Origin: Camelus ferus
Lineage: Eukaryota
Reading direction: 5' to 3'
Assembly: GCF_009834535.1 (NCBI RefSeq)
Contig: NC_045696.1
Span: 56,732,001 to 56,796,000, forward strand
Length of the DNA stretch: 64,000 nt
The translations under genes were made by a program, and so were the position numbers. Within the stretch, counting starts at the first letter, position 1; each line of letters starts with the position of its first letter. Positions 38,961-52,801 of the stretch are shown in pieces. The notes below the pieces were generated by a model. That model searched no databases and was not told the DNA's origin. It worked only from the letters and a program-made list of their open reading frames with translations.

Positions 38961-41900
38961 ACCTTATCCCCAGATCAGGAACCAGAGGCTGCCTCTGCAG
39001 AACTGTCAGTAGATTTAACCCAAGAGCTATGGGCAGTTCCAGCCTTTCAGCAAGTCAACCCACTGATGACATTTAAAGTCTTCCTATCTTTCTTAAATGG
39101 AATTCCTTGCCAGTAACCTCTCCTTTTCCATCATCCCTTATTTAACACTCACCTTAAAAATCTTAAAAAATTTAGTTTTGAAATAATATTCCTCCCTCAC
39201 CCCTGAGTAAGAGTTATATCTTTTAAAAGTTCTTAAATTTCTTAAATAATGTAAAAAGATTCAACTGAATTGTCACTTTTGTCATCTTTAAGTACAATGT
39301 GTACATTCTCTCCATAGAAGAAATTTAAATATGTGAAAGAAGTGAACTTTGGTATCTCTCATCTAGATTTTCTTTAGTGTCACATTTGCTGATAATTTAA
39401 TTTGTATCCGTGGTGAAGGTAGAAATAAAGTCTGGACGTCAACTCTACATGGGTACAAATGTCTTTTAAAAAATTCTTCTAAATTTAAAAATTTGTTTGA
39501 CTTTTGGTCAAATCTTTCCTGCCTCAAACTGGAATAAAACTAATCTTGAGTTTCTGTAATGGAGTACTGAAAACAACAGACTTTTTAAAAGTAGTCTCAT
39601 GCTAACATTTAATTGAATTGTTGTGTTCTTTTACTCTGTTCTTGTTCTTTTCTCCTCAAAGTACTGAACACTTGCCAACCCTCAGAAGATAGTCTTAAGA
39701 GTTAATGCTAAAGACCCAGCATAGTTGAAAACTATATGGTCAAGATGATACAGAGAAACAATAACTTCAGAAAGGGCGAGTGAATCACTTAAGATCCTGG
39801 ATGAAGGAGAGACAGATAAGGACAGGATGTAGTTGGCCAGGTCAGACCGAGAGAAACATTGAGTAGGTGGAGTGAGACAGAAAAGGCATCTGGCTAGCTC
39901 GGGGAGACGTGTGTGAGGGCAAACAGGCAAACAGAACAGGCTCAGCACAGCAAGATAAGGACATCGGCTGATGATAGAAAAGACATTAAAAGGAGTCAAG
40001 GAGACAACTGGGTGAGAGAGAAGAGACTCAGAATATACAGTGAGCACAGAAACATGAAAACACAGATCAGGCCAAGAGAGACGAGAAAACTGAATGCTTG
40101 AGGGAGACCAAAATTCAGAAAGACTACTTACACCAAAGTAAGCCATACGCTACAGTGAAGGCAGCAACACAGCCTTTTAGAAAACAATATGGAAGGTAGA
40201 AAAAGAATGACTTAGGGACAGATATGGATTAAATTGAGACAAACATAGTAAATAATGCAAAAAGTAACATTAGATGAATGCAGAAAGGAATAAAAAGTAG
40301 AGAGAAACCGCGTATTTGTAACTGTAGCATAAAACTTTAAAATACAGCAAGACAAATGTATGGATTGGGTACAGGGAGATACTTTATAGGCCTAGACTCA
40401 GAGTGGGTGAGCAAATAACTGATAAGAAAGCTATAGGGAAGAATGGTTTATAGAGCAGCCCTGGGTAGGGTAGCTGGAAGGCATGGATTAAATGACCAGA
40501 TCAGCATGGTTTGAACAACTGGAGAGAGTGCATTTTTTTGATAGCAAAAGTGGCAGTGGTCCTGAAGCAGAACAGGAGGAATGCGATAAGCATCCAAGAG
40601 TACTTCCAGAAACACAGTGTTCGCAGGGAGAGTTGTGATGGGCCAATCAGATACATCAGAGAAATCTCAACTAAACGTGAGATTGAAAACTCAAGTAGAT
40701 ATAAGTGGGCCAGGAAGAAATGAAAGCAATGGAATAAGCAGAAATGAAGTAGGACCAAAGAGAAGAAAAAATAGTGAATGGTTTCTGAGAGAAGTGGAAC
40801 AGAACTTAAAGAAAAATGAAGAAGTATTGTCTAGGCTCAAAATGAGATGGGGCACTAAACAGGAAACAGTCCAGAATCCATGGAAAAGATTTAGGGGAAA
40901 AAATGGTAGAGAAGTAAAGGAGAAACATAAGGCCAAGAGAATCAGTCAGTAGGCATGGAAAAGAATACAGTAGAAGGTATGGAGAAAGATATAGTTCAGG
41001 CACTACGTTAGCAGGTAGTTCATGGAACAGGAAGATAGTTTATGGAATAAAACATGGCTATCTAAACAGAAGGGGAAGTAGAGTCATACCTAGAAGTTGA
41101 TATAGAAAGCATTAGTAGCAGGCAGAGAAAGACAAGGTGTGAGCTTAGACACACGGAAAATCGAGTATATTCAAAGGAACGTGGAGCAGATTGAAAGTGA
41201 AACAAGCAGATAAAACAGGGAGCAGCAGCAAGACTGAAAACTTGACTTAATTCATAGAGATTAGGACACAAGTGACTAGAGAAAGATAAAGAATGATCCT
41301 GCCAGGAACAGACTGAAAAGATCATGGGCAGTAGAGGTAAAAGTAAAACAAAATAGATTCAGAAATAGATCATGGTTGCTGTGAGGTAGAAATAATGGTT
41401 GGAGATGGATACAGAGAGTCAGCATAGGTGCAGAGATGGTAAACAACTTGATAGAAAAGAGGCTAGTCTATGCATTAGGGTATGCCTTATTTAGTGAGTA
41501 ACAGAACATTAATTCTGAGTTGAAATCTGGCTTTGTAGAATACTTTTCTGGCTTCTCAGCACACAAAAGAAAGGGGAAAGCCCACAGAACTATGAATTCT
41601 TCTTTGTTTAGCTGAGAGGATGCTTTTTAAAATATAACATGTGTTTTGTTTTGGTTTTTTGTTTTGTTTTGTTTTGTTTTTAAAAAATACTTGTGAAAGA
41701 TGTTACCAGGAGAGATTTTTGCCAGACTAGTGTCTTTAAGTAGATTATGTTACCATATCATTCTCTGCTCTTTCTAAATAGATTTATTGAAACATCTTAA
41801 TTTCTACAGCCTCAATCATTTATACACACCAGAGGATCCAATGTTTGAGGAGCTTAAATATAAGTATGATGTGTTCTTCTATCCCATGTAACTTTCACCC

Positions 41901-42054
41901 TGAGGTATAAGAACGGATTCTCAGAATTGGTAAAGCATATGTGCATGATTGCTGGATAGCATTTATATGTAATACTTCAGGAACTGCTTCCCCAGCTGCC
42001 CTTTTCTAGCACCAAGATTTAAATTCTTCTTCTTCCTTCTCTCCTCCAATCTAA

Positions 42055-42324
<270 letters not shown>

Positions 42325-43589
42325 TAAAATGAATATGTCTTGGGTTCAGTAGAAAATTGCCTGGGCAGTTCTTAGTTTTATTGGAAATCCAGTGTATCTG
42401 TTTTACAAAACAATTGCATTATAGCCGGAAGTAAGAAACGGAGCAATAAGCAATAAAACCAACCAGTATACTTGTATTATCCTCAACTTAGTTGAAATAA
42501 CAGATAGCTTTTTAAATCTCTGTTTTTAGACTTGAATAACTGTCATTTCTTGATCTTAATTTCTTGAAAAAGTGTTGTTGTGTTCAAAGAGGCCAAATTC
42601 ACCTCTTCTTTAACCTTCTGTTGCCCTGACTTATGTGCATTTTTATTTCTTTGAATTAGGAGCGATAGCTATATACTAGTCCAAACTTCTTATGTTGTCT
42701 CCTCATAAATACCAAGGGGTTTGTGCTACTTGAAATATATAGAAAGAAACCACATGAGTAGAGGACAAGGATTCTCACTATCCAAGAAGACTGGTAGAAC
42801 TTTATACTAGAAGATTTTAGAAATCTCTGAGCCCTGAGGGTTAAGAGGTTACGAATTGCATAATAATCAGAAGTTTGAGAACTGCATGATTTTACTTTTT
42901 AAATTTTAGTCTCAAATTACTGGATACAAAGACTTTGGGTGATAATGGTTTAGGACTATATAGAAAATGGAGGGCTAAAACTGGACAAAGATTACTCCGA
43001 AACTGGGAAACAGTGGAACAAGGAGTCTGTACCTCTGGTTAGATTTCATCCGCATTAGAATCTATGCACCCCTGTTCCTAGATTGTGTATCATTCCTGAG
43101 TATGGTTCTTTAATGCTAAAGAATCATCAGTAACTGAAAACTACTTATCTTTTAGCCTTACTTCTAACCTCTTTCCCCTCATTATTAGCATTTCTTTACT
43201 GTGTATGCTAAGAACTGTGAAAGTAGTGTGGAGTTCGGTAGCAATGATAAAAGCAGGTACTACTTCTAGTGTGATTCTCTTTGGTGTTTTAATTCTAGTC
43301 AGAAAAGAACTTTTCCTTGGCAACCATACTTCGCTCTCCCCTCCTTCCCACTGATTAGCATGGCTGTGATATTTAGTTATTTTGATTCAAGTTGTTTCAG
43401 ATTACCTAGTAGTTAGGCTATCAGCTATTTAATAGGCTTGTTTTCCCCAGTTTGGCTTCTTTCCTGTTCTTGAAGCAACGAAGTGTTTTTTTCCTATTAA
43501 CTTAGGAATAAAATCGAATAAAATAAAACTATTATTAGCCAATATTATATACAATTAGGCTCATAAGCTTAACATTCAATGTTTACAGT

Positions 43590-44700
43590 TCCTAGAATGA
43601 TAGAATTTGAATTATTAGGGCTTTAAATAAGTCATCTAGTCTACTCAATTCTGTTTTATGAATGTTTCCTTCTATATAAAGTAGAATATGCTGTTAAGTC
43701 TAAATTTATCTCTTTTGCGTTTTATGATAGTTGAATAGGCTTTATCCAGTGCATGTGTGAAGTGAGTCATATTTGCCCTACACTTAATTTTCCTCAGACT
43801 TCAAACTATTTTAGTATCTTTCAGAATTTTATAGACTTCAATCATGTCCTCATTACTACACTGAAAGTTCTAATTCCTTTTGATTCTACTTTCCTTGCAA
43901 ATAGTTCTCTTCCCCTAAGCCATCTCCACCTACAATTTTTGTCTTATTTTCATTGTCTTTTACTGGACCATCTCCATTCATAATATACTTTACTTAAGAC
44001 CTAGTGACCAGAACAATGAGTGTTATTCATGCATGGATTTATCATTAATGATTTGAGTTTTATTTCAGATATTCTTCTGTTTTCCACCTGATGCTTTCTC
44101 TGTTGCTTTCTTTCTGCAAGTATAATTAAGACCAACAACTTAAGAAATATGTGCAGGGATTTTCTTCAGACTCTCTCCTGCCCTTTAGCTGATAGCTTAG
44201 ATCAGGTTTTTCAGTATATTTTAGATTATTTTTCTATAGGCAGGTTACACTTGCCAGCATTGAATAAGATCTGCCACTTTTCTGCCCACTTACATGACCT
44301 TCAGCTTTTCTATATATTTTTGCTATCAGTTTGGCCTTTAAGCACCCAGAATTGCTTAGCATCATCAGTGAGCTTGACAATTTCCCATTATGCATCTTCT
44401 TTGTAATTTATAACTCTATTAAATAAGACTGTTCCTAGAACTAGTGTTTCTACTTTGCCATCTAGAGATTTGTTCATTTATCCTTATTTTTTGTTTTCTG
44501 TCTTCATCTATAACAGAACAGTTCCTTTTTACCCCAGACTTCTCAAGACCCGTCAGAAATCTTTCAGATATGATGATTTCATTCAGTTTACAAAACTAAA
44601 TTGCTTTTTCCCTAATTTTATATTTACTTTAGACATTAATCAAAATACTATATTGGTAATATTAAGCTATTTGGAAAATTCTTTTAGAAGCATATAAGCC
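43590..44700 (-). mobile_element. Ancient CR1/L3 LINE with a readable reverse-transcriptase remnant
   Basis: Minus strand reads LVLGTVLFNRVINY from 44444 and KLTDDAK at 44375-44355, matching CR1 SVLGPVLFNIFIND...KFADDTK. L3-type tail (gtcatctagtc) near 43630. Confidence 0.75.
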
Positions 44701-45049
44701 TTAGAGTCTTGTCTGCATTCCTTGTCTTTTTTTTTTCCTCTTGAAATATGACATTGACACTAAGGGCTCTAAGAAGGTTGAGCCTTTGGCAGTGTTTTTA
44801 AATGGTTGATTTTATTTTAATCCTCATTTTTACATTCATGTTATCAAAAGCCTATTGTTTCTGACCTAAACTTTTAACTTCTCAGTTCCTGTTTCCCTTT
44901 CTCTCTCTTATCTGCCAAATATCTCATCTTAGGAGTTCTATACTTTATAAAATGTCCCAGGTTACAGCTGATTCATTCTGATGAATTAATGAGAGGATGC
45001 TTTCACTTCATCCATGGCCAAATTGGTCATTTCTGGGTCTTCTCTTGAT

Positions 45050-45255
45050 GATAATAGATAACACTAATCTAAGTGCCATGCCTTCACAGACACTCACTAA
45101 ATCCCCACAGAAATCCAGTGAGATAGATACTACTTTTCCCCCTTTTTTGTACTTGAGAAAATTGAAGCAGAAAAAGATGAAGTAACTTAGCCAAAATCAT
45201 ACAGCTAAATAAATGTCAGAGTCAGGATTTGAATCAAGGAGTCAGGTTTCAATCA
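45050..45255 (-). mobile_element. MIR SINE
   Basis: gagaaaattgaagcaga...aagtaacttagccaaaatcatacagct...ggatttgaatc. Confidence 0.75.
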
Positions 45256-45464
45256 AAACTTTTAATTCTTTTATGTATTTTAAATGGCATTATGTTTGGT
45301 ATTATTTTCAGAATACCAATTACAAATGTTTTTCTTAAAATCGTCATCTGTAATATATGCATACAATGATAGGAGGTATGTGGTGGAAGAAGTTTCGATT
45401 CTGATACTGGATTTCTTTTTATAAAGAGTTCAAAGTACACTTGTTTGCTTCAGGAAAATAAAAC

Positions 45465-45990
45465 TGCCATTTATTCATCAAATATTTATTCAGTATCTAA
45501 TAAGTGATAGGCACTATTCTGTGTACATGGGCTATATTATATCACTGAATAAAAAAAGAAATATCTGTTGTGGAGAACCTACATCTGTGGAATGTAGGTG
45601 GCAAAGAAAATAGACATAAATTATTATGTTAGAAAGTAAATGCTATGGGGGGAAAATAGAACATTGAGATTACATGGGTGGGGGTGAATTAAAAGAAGGT
45701 GAAACTGGAGTAAAGATGTGAAAGTTACAAAGGAGTTATCTGTATGGATATCTAGAGGAAAAATATCCCAGGCAAAGGAAACAGGCAGTGCAAAGGCCTT
45801 GAGGTAGGGGTGTGTGGGGTGTGTTTGGTGTGTACAAACAATACCGTGGAGGTCACAGTGGCTGGAGCAGAATGAGCAAGGGGAAGGAGAAGAGATAAGT
45901 AGGTGGGCAGGAGGAGTTCCAGATGGTGTAGGACTTTATAGGCCATTGTAAGGCTTTTGGTTTTTACTCTGAGCAAGGTAAGGAGCCCTG
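45465..45990 (-). mobile_element. L2 3' fragment
   Basis: catttattcatcaaatatttattcagt tail; caggcaaaggaaacaggcagtgcaaaggccttgagg. Confidence 0.8.
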
Positions 45991-46201
45991 TTTTGATTTC
46001 CTTTTATACCAGCTACAGACTTGGTCCTTCATAGAGATTATTTCATATCCAGAGCCCTAGAAGGTATATGCTTTTATCACCTCATTTACAGTAAAAGTAA
46101 ACAGAAGTTTAGAGACTAAATAACTTGCCCAAAGTGTTACAGCTTGCTTGTGGAAGAACCAGGATTCAAATCTGAGCTTTATTTCTCTTAAAACCCATGT
46201 A

Positions 46202-46378
46202 CAGTTGACCCTTGAACATTGCAGGGGTTAATCTGAGTGTAACTCATATCTGTGTTTCCTCCACATCCACGGGTTCAACCAACCATGGATCATGTAGTAT
46301 TGTAGTATTTACTACAGGGAAAAAAAATCCTTGTATAAGTGGACCCAGTTTAAAGCCACGTTGTTCAAGAATCAACTG
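46202..46378. mobile_element. Tigger2-family MITE (MER8/Tigger2a-like)
   Basis: TIRs cagttgacccttgaac / gttcaagaatcaactg, flanked by TA at 46200-46201 and 46379-46380. Confidence 0.88.
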
Positions 46379-46574
46379 TACCTAAAACCATTATGCTGCT
46401 TAAGTTCCAGTGGGTGAGAAACATTTTGAATATCTTATGGACACTCGCTCAAAAAATGGAACCAGTGAAGTCTGTGTTATTTTACAATATTATCCTTTAT
46501 TTGAATATAATATATTAAAATATTATATATTTTATAAGTTATAAAGGAGTGCCTTTTATATTAAAGGATATTGA

Positions 46575-47021
<447 letters not shown>

Positions 47022-48610
47022 GCTTTCCCTACCTTTCCTCATTTCTCTAATGCTCATTTCAAAAAGATTTTCTCTACCTTTGAAGAAAAGTATTTAAGTG
47101 GCTTTCTGCCCCTCTTGGTGTAAAGCAACTGTTAATCTTGTGCAAAGAATAACGGGAGAGAAAGTGTTGATTTTTATGCCAGAAACTTCCTTACAAGGTA
47201 GGTTGGCTATAAGCATTCCCTTCCCTATTACTACAGTATTAATATTTTGCTGTATTTCCTTATCTCATCTTTTCCTTTCCTTTTTAAGACACATTTTTCT
47301 CCCTTCTGAAATGAGTGTGAGAAGTCTATAAGGTCAATTCTTCTAGTCCGCCTGTAGAAGCCCACTGTGGTAGGTTACAGTAATTCACTGATCACGTCCT
47401 TTTTGTCTGTTCTGACCACGCATTCAAAACAACTCCTGGCATTGCTGCCAACCGAGCAGCTTGGTAACAGGCAAGTCATTGATGAGGAGAAAAAAATCTT
47501 AAAGCTTCATGTTGCCCTACAATTGAGGGTGGAGTCAATATGCAGGGGGAGGTGAGAGTGTGTGGAAGAGGGATGGCTGTGCCTAAATCTCATGATCAAT
47601 ATCTAAACTAAAATTTGTGTCTTTAGAACTGACTTGACTGACAGATTCTGTTGTTTTGCTTAATGTCTTTTGGTTTGTATGTTGGATAATAGAAAACAGA
47701 AAGTGTGTTTGGTAAGCCTTTAGGAAGAAATTAGAGAAGAAACATGGACATAGAATAAGGAGTCCACATAAAAGATTGAAGAGGGGAGAGCATGAGGAAT
47801 AGTACCTTTTAGAATAGCCGGAGTTTGTGCTGATTTGGAAAATCCTTCATATAAAGCTGAGATTGGTACCCTTCTTTTTCCGTTCTTCTACAGTGCTATA
47901 AATTGTTTAAACAGGCCATTCCAGCAGAAATTAGCATATAACAATTGATTACTTTTCTCTTTTTTCTTCTTTCAACCTCATTGAAGGCGTTTGTCTCTCT
48001 TTTGATTCTTGTCAGGCATGGTATTTTAGAGTGTATCCAGTATGTTGTTGAGCACTGTAACCTCAAGGAAAATAGTTTCTTTTTGGTTCTGACGTGTAGC
48101 ATGGTATTATTCCCTAAGGCAGAACTTTCATACAAGGGTCTATAACAATTGTATTTTTTGTAATATTTTCCATGGCATTGTAATTTTTAAGTATTTATCA
48201 TTTTGTAGTACATGTATAAAGTTAGAATAGATTTTGGAGCATCTGAGCCTTGTGTGAAGTAATGTTTTATTTACCTGAGTTGTATTAATGACAGAATATT
48301 GACAGTAAATCTATTTTGTATTTACTGAAATTTGTTAATTTCTAGCTCTGTAACATCTTGGAGCATAATTAAAATGAACACTCTTCCCATTTAAAAAAAG
48401 TTTCAGAATTTTTTTCTCTTACTGGTCATGTTTCAAGTAATAGATGCAGTTGTGTGTAGTCTAACCTTTTTCTGGCACTAAGTTGCCTTAAGAATGACTT
48501 AATGTACGTACCTTGTGCACATGGAGCTATTCAACTTTTAAACATTGTTTTCTAAATATTCATAGTTTAGAATTTCATTTAAATAAATAGTGATCAGATG
48601 TTAAGTTTTA
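47022..48610 (+). other. GTF2E1: GTF2E1 3' UTR (approximate end)
   Basis: Sequence with no recognisable interspersed repeat from the stop codon to AATAAA at 48582-48587; L2-like repeat resumes near 48.8 kb. Confidence 0.7.
48582..48587 (+). terminator. Probable GTF2E1 polyadenylation signal (AATAAA); alternative ATTAAA at 48368-48373
   Basis: AATAAA followed by GT/T-rich downstream sequence (gttaagtttt...gttgtaggtg...tgttggctcttt). Confidence 0.65.
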
Positions 48611-50959
48611 AAGCAGTTGTAGGTGAACTGTTGGCTCTTTATTTCAATGGTTACGTGTTTCTTGCTATTTTTTTTCTTGAATCTAACTTGCATGTTCTGC
48701 TTCTTAAAGCTACGGTTATGTTTTTCCTATACATTATCTTACCAACTTCTTAAAGACTCGTATAGACTAGTTGCATATTTCTGTCATCTCCCTCTTGCAG
48801 TCTAGGTTATGCCCTGTTACTATACTGAAACAGCTTTCTCCAGTCCTAATTATCCAACCAGCAGTCCTTTATTTCTCAGTCTCTTTGGCTACTCTTCAGT
48901 ATTTGATGCTGTCAACCAGTCCTTTCCTTGAAATGTTTTCATTTGGTATCCTAGCCATTACACTGGCCAAGTTCTCCTTATTTCAGGAAACCTTCCTGCT
49001 TCCCTGGCTTCTTCCCCTCTCGTCTGCACCACCTGTACTGACTCTCACAGTACCATCCAGACAAGTCTGTGTAGCAGATCTTCATGGAACTTTTTGCAGT
49101 CATGGGCAGGGGGATGGGCAATGAGAGCGGTTTTTGTCTCAGCATTGAATAGTTAAGGAATATGAGTGGATCGCATACATCCTTGTTCTTAAACAGTGTC
49201 TTCGCCATTCTCACATGTTTCATCCCAAGTAGAGTCCTGCCTTCCTTGCTAAAATTTCAGCTTCCTTTTTCCTTCTCTTATCACCCCCCCCCCAAAGGCC
49301 TTGGAAAATTATAAATGTATTAGAGAAAATAACTTAGTTTTTAATTTTTTTTTTTCTATTTCAAGTAGGACCTTAAAAGATCCTATCATATCCGAAGGGC
49401 CTACCAAGATATTTCCCTAACCAAGAAACCATTTTTCCACCTCTGGGAGTCAGCATGGGAGGTTACCTGTGGCTTTAAATGAAACTTTTTTCTCCTCTCA
49501 CTTGTATCCTGGCCTTGTATCTAGTGGAAAACTCCTTTCATTCTATCTGCCCTTGAAGTTGAAGCCTTTTCTTATTTAGTTGCCCCCTTTTCCCAAAACA
49601 CCTTAAGGATGTTAAGGTGCCAATTTAAGCGATAAAAAGAAAATATCCAATTTGGCATAGCCTGGAAGTCAGGAGACGTTCTAGTCCTAGTTCCAGTTAA
49701 CTAGACACTTGCACTGTGACACCATTATCTGATGTAATCTTTCTGGGCCAGTTTCTCAGCTGTCAATAATGAGAGGATTGTGGTAGGATCATCAGTGTTT
49801 CCTTTCTGCTCTGATATTTTATGGATGTAAGAAGTAGGTAATACATTTTAAAATGAGGCCAAATAATAATAACAAAACAACAACTACAACAAAAAGTCTT
49901 CTGATGTGCTATAGCCATTCAAACCAGGTGAGGGATATTTTAACTGAGGAATTCTTATAGGTGCAGGTTTAGGATTTATAATGAACCACAGAATAAACAC
50001 TAATTAGGTTTTTCTTTTCCTATCTTGCCAAGGTACTTCATTTCTAATCTCAATGACTGAAGAAGAAATAATCGAGTATTTCATAACTCTTTTTGATGTT
50101 GTTTTGAGAGAATTAGATGCTGAATGGGAACAAGATTGGGAAGAGCGGTTTATTTTCTATCAGTTGGCTCTATGCCTAGATTCCCAGCCAGGACCACAGT
50201 AGAAAGACTTACATATATACTTTCTTGTTCTCCTTATTCCTGAGTTTTAAAAAAAGTAAGAAATGGCAATCAAAACACAGATATGAAAATCTTTAGAATT
50301 TAGGAATTGGTATAATTCCATCTTCTATTAATTCAGCATTTTGTTTCTACCAAAGCTATTTCACATGTGTTATCTCTAGCAGAGCTAGGCTAGTATCACT
50401 TTGTTTTTTGTTTTTTATTTAAAATCCAGAAGTCTCTTGGAGAAATGAGGAATATTTTCAGAAAGGAAGTGGAACTATAACACTAAATTCACTGTTTTCT
50501 TCTGCTGGCTTTTTATATTATGAAGGTAAAATAAACTGTAAACAAGATAAGTACAGGTATTTATGAAACATGTAAAGCCAAATGGGTTGAGAAGGGGTAA
50601 GAGTCATGAAATTTTACTTTCTTTGAAGAGCTAAAGGAATGGACTAATTCTGTTGTGCCCTCAAGGGAAGGAACCAAGTACCTTGGCATCTCTTCAGAAA
50701 GAGCATCGTGTCCTTCTGCCTTTCCTATTCCAGTTGCAAAGCACATAGGTCTAGTACATAACCCAGTTTTAACAATCAACTGATGTTTCCCATCACACAA
50801 AAGTACATTATCACCTACCTAATGTAAATAAGTCTGAGAAATTAATCTGGAAATGAAGGCTGGTGCTGGGTCCTACAGTGCCTTGAATCATGTTATGTAT
50901 ATACAGGATGATCATACAGTTTGTTGGTGTTGGTGTTACTATTATATAAATTTATTGAT

Positions 50960-51450
50960 TACTTAAAAAGTCATCCAATAAGAAATATATATATATATAT
51001 GTATATATACATACATATATTATATAGTAAAAAGTGAGAACTCCCCACCCAGCCCACTCCTATCTCACTTACTCTGACGTAACCATTGTTGATAGTTTAA
51101 GGTGTTATCATCCCAGACCAAATAAGTGCAATCATATACACATTGCCATTTGCTTTTGAAGTATCTTGGAGATCTTTCTGTATCAGTGTATTTAAACCTG
51201 CTTCATTTTTTAAAATAACGGCTAAGTAGAATTTTATAATGTGATTGTATGATGGTTTATGTAACAATTTCCTGCTTGAATAGCATTTAGGTAGTGTCTA
51301 GTTTTTCACTGTTAAAGTGCTGCAATGAATTACCCTTATATCCACATTCTCTGAACATTTCTATAGGGTAGAATCGTAAAAGAAATAGCCAATCAAAGGG
51401 CAAGTCCATTTTAAGTATAGATATTGCCAAATTGCTCTTCAAAAAGATTG
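50960..51450 (-). mobile_element. Old L1 (L1ME-like) fragment with a (TA)n tract
   Basis: gtaaccattgttgatagttt, tatcttggagatcttt, tattgccaaattgctcttcaaaaag; (TA)n at about 50985-51025. Confidence 0.6.
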
Positions 51451-52540
51451 TTGGAGAATTTTAAGTAGGGGAACAATTTGTAGCTTTGATGCTGGGTTGG
51501 AGTTTAAACCTGGAGATTAAGGCAATGTCAGTAGTCTTAGTGAGTAATTGGTCTAAAGACCTGTCCAAGTCAGTGGAGATAGAAAGGAGGGAACAGATTT
51601 GAGAAACTTTGGGGAGATGAAGTTAATGGATTTGGTGACTGTTTGGATATGGCTTTGCCTTGGATGAAGCTCAGGTTTTTGACTGAATTGTTGTTACATT
51701 TATCATGATTGGAAATACAGGAGGAGGAGCAGGGTTTGCTCCTGTTTCAGCTCCCCATCTCAGTAAATGGCACCACCATTTCACTTGTGTGCTCAAGTCC
51801 AAAGTCGAGTAGTTGACCATCCTTTCTTTTTTTTCATCCTAAGTCCCATTCATCAGCAAGTCCTGTCACATTCAAACTATAATCTAATTTATATAATCTA
51901 ATTTTGAACGTGGAGATGACAGGACTTGCTAATAAATTGAAAATATATTCTAAATATGACCTCTTATACTTCCACCACTACCAGCCTACTCCAAGCAATA
52001 TTAACACCCCCTCCCCCCCAAAAAAAACCCTTTATTGACTTTTTCTCAGAATATCTAGATTCTAAACTCCTTACCCTTTTCTATAGGTCCTAAGAGATCT
52101 GGCCCCTGACTACTTTTATAACCACATCTGCTATCCTCCCTGTTAACTAACTGCTCTCTAACCAATTGACATTCTCTGTTTTGCAAGTATGCCAAGGTTT
52201 TTCCTGCCTCAGGTCTTTGCCCTAACTGTGTTCTCTGCATAGAACATTCTCCATTTTTGTCCTCTTTATTTCATTCTTGGCTTAAATGCCACTTTCTCAG
52301 AAAAGCCTTCTTTGCCCTATGTAAAATAATCTCCAATTCATGAGGATATTTTCCTGTTTTATTTTCTTCATAGTAAAATTACTATTTACAATGAACTTGT
52401 TTATTTCTTATCTAATTATTTATGTCTATCAGCCTTTCCCCCCAAAGACTGTAATCTCCCTAAGGGCAGGATACTAGCATACGGAATTAATTCTGGCACA
52501 TGGTAGGCTCTCAACAAATGTTGAATGGCTGAATGGACAG
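51450..52540. mobile_element. Two L2 fragments in opposite orientation (minus about 51450-51736, plus about 51737-52540)
   Basis: Plus arm: ccccatctcagtaaatggcaccacc...ctggcacatggtaggctctcaacaaatgttgaatg. Minus arm ends tggaaatacaggaggaggagcagggtttg. Confidence 0.75.
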
Positions 52541-52801
52541 ATGCATTGGCACTAGGAGAACATAGTCTTTTTCTCCATCAAGGCATATCATTTTGTTCCT
52601 GCCTGAATTGCATATATATTTTTTTCTTAATCAGTTAATTTTATTTACTTGTGGTTCTTGGTACCTAGGGCTGTGTTTCCAAGACTAACAGTAGAGGGTA
52701 TCAGAATATAGCTTCTTGAGATGTCTAGAAGCTCCAATTCTGGGGAGCCATTAGCTTTAATCTTCCTGGAAAAGGGAATTTAGTGAGTATTTTGTCTAGG
52801 G

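Noticed and set aside
39682..41325. Minus-strand L/S/F-rich ORFs (154, 85, 81, 87 aa) as membrane proteins
   Set aside because: They are an expected by-product of a pyrimidine-rich strand, which has few stop codons and many L/S/F codons.
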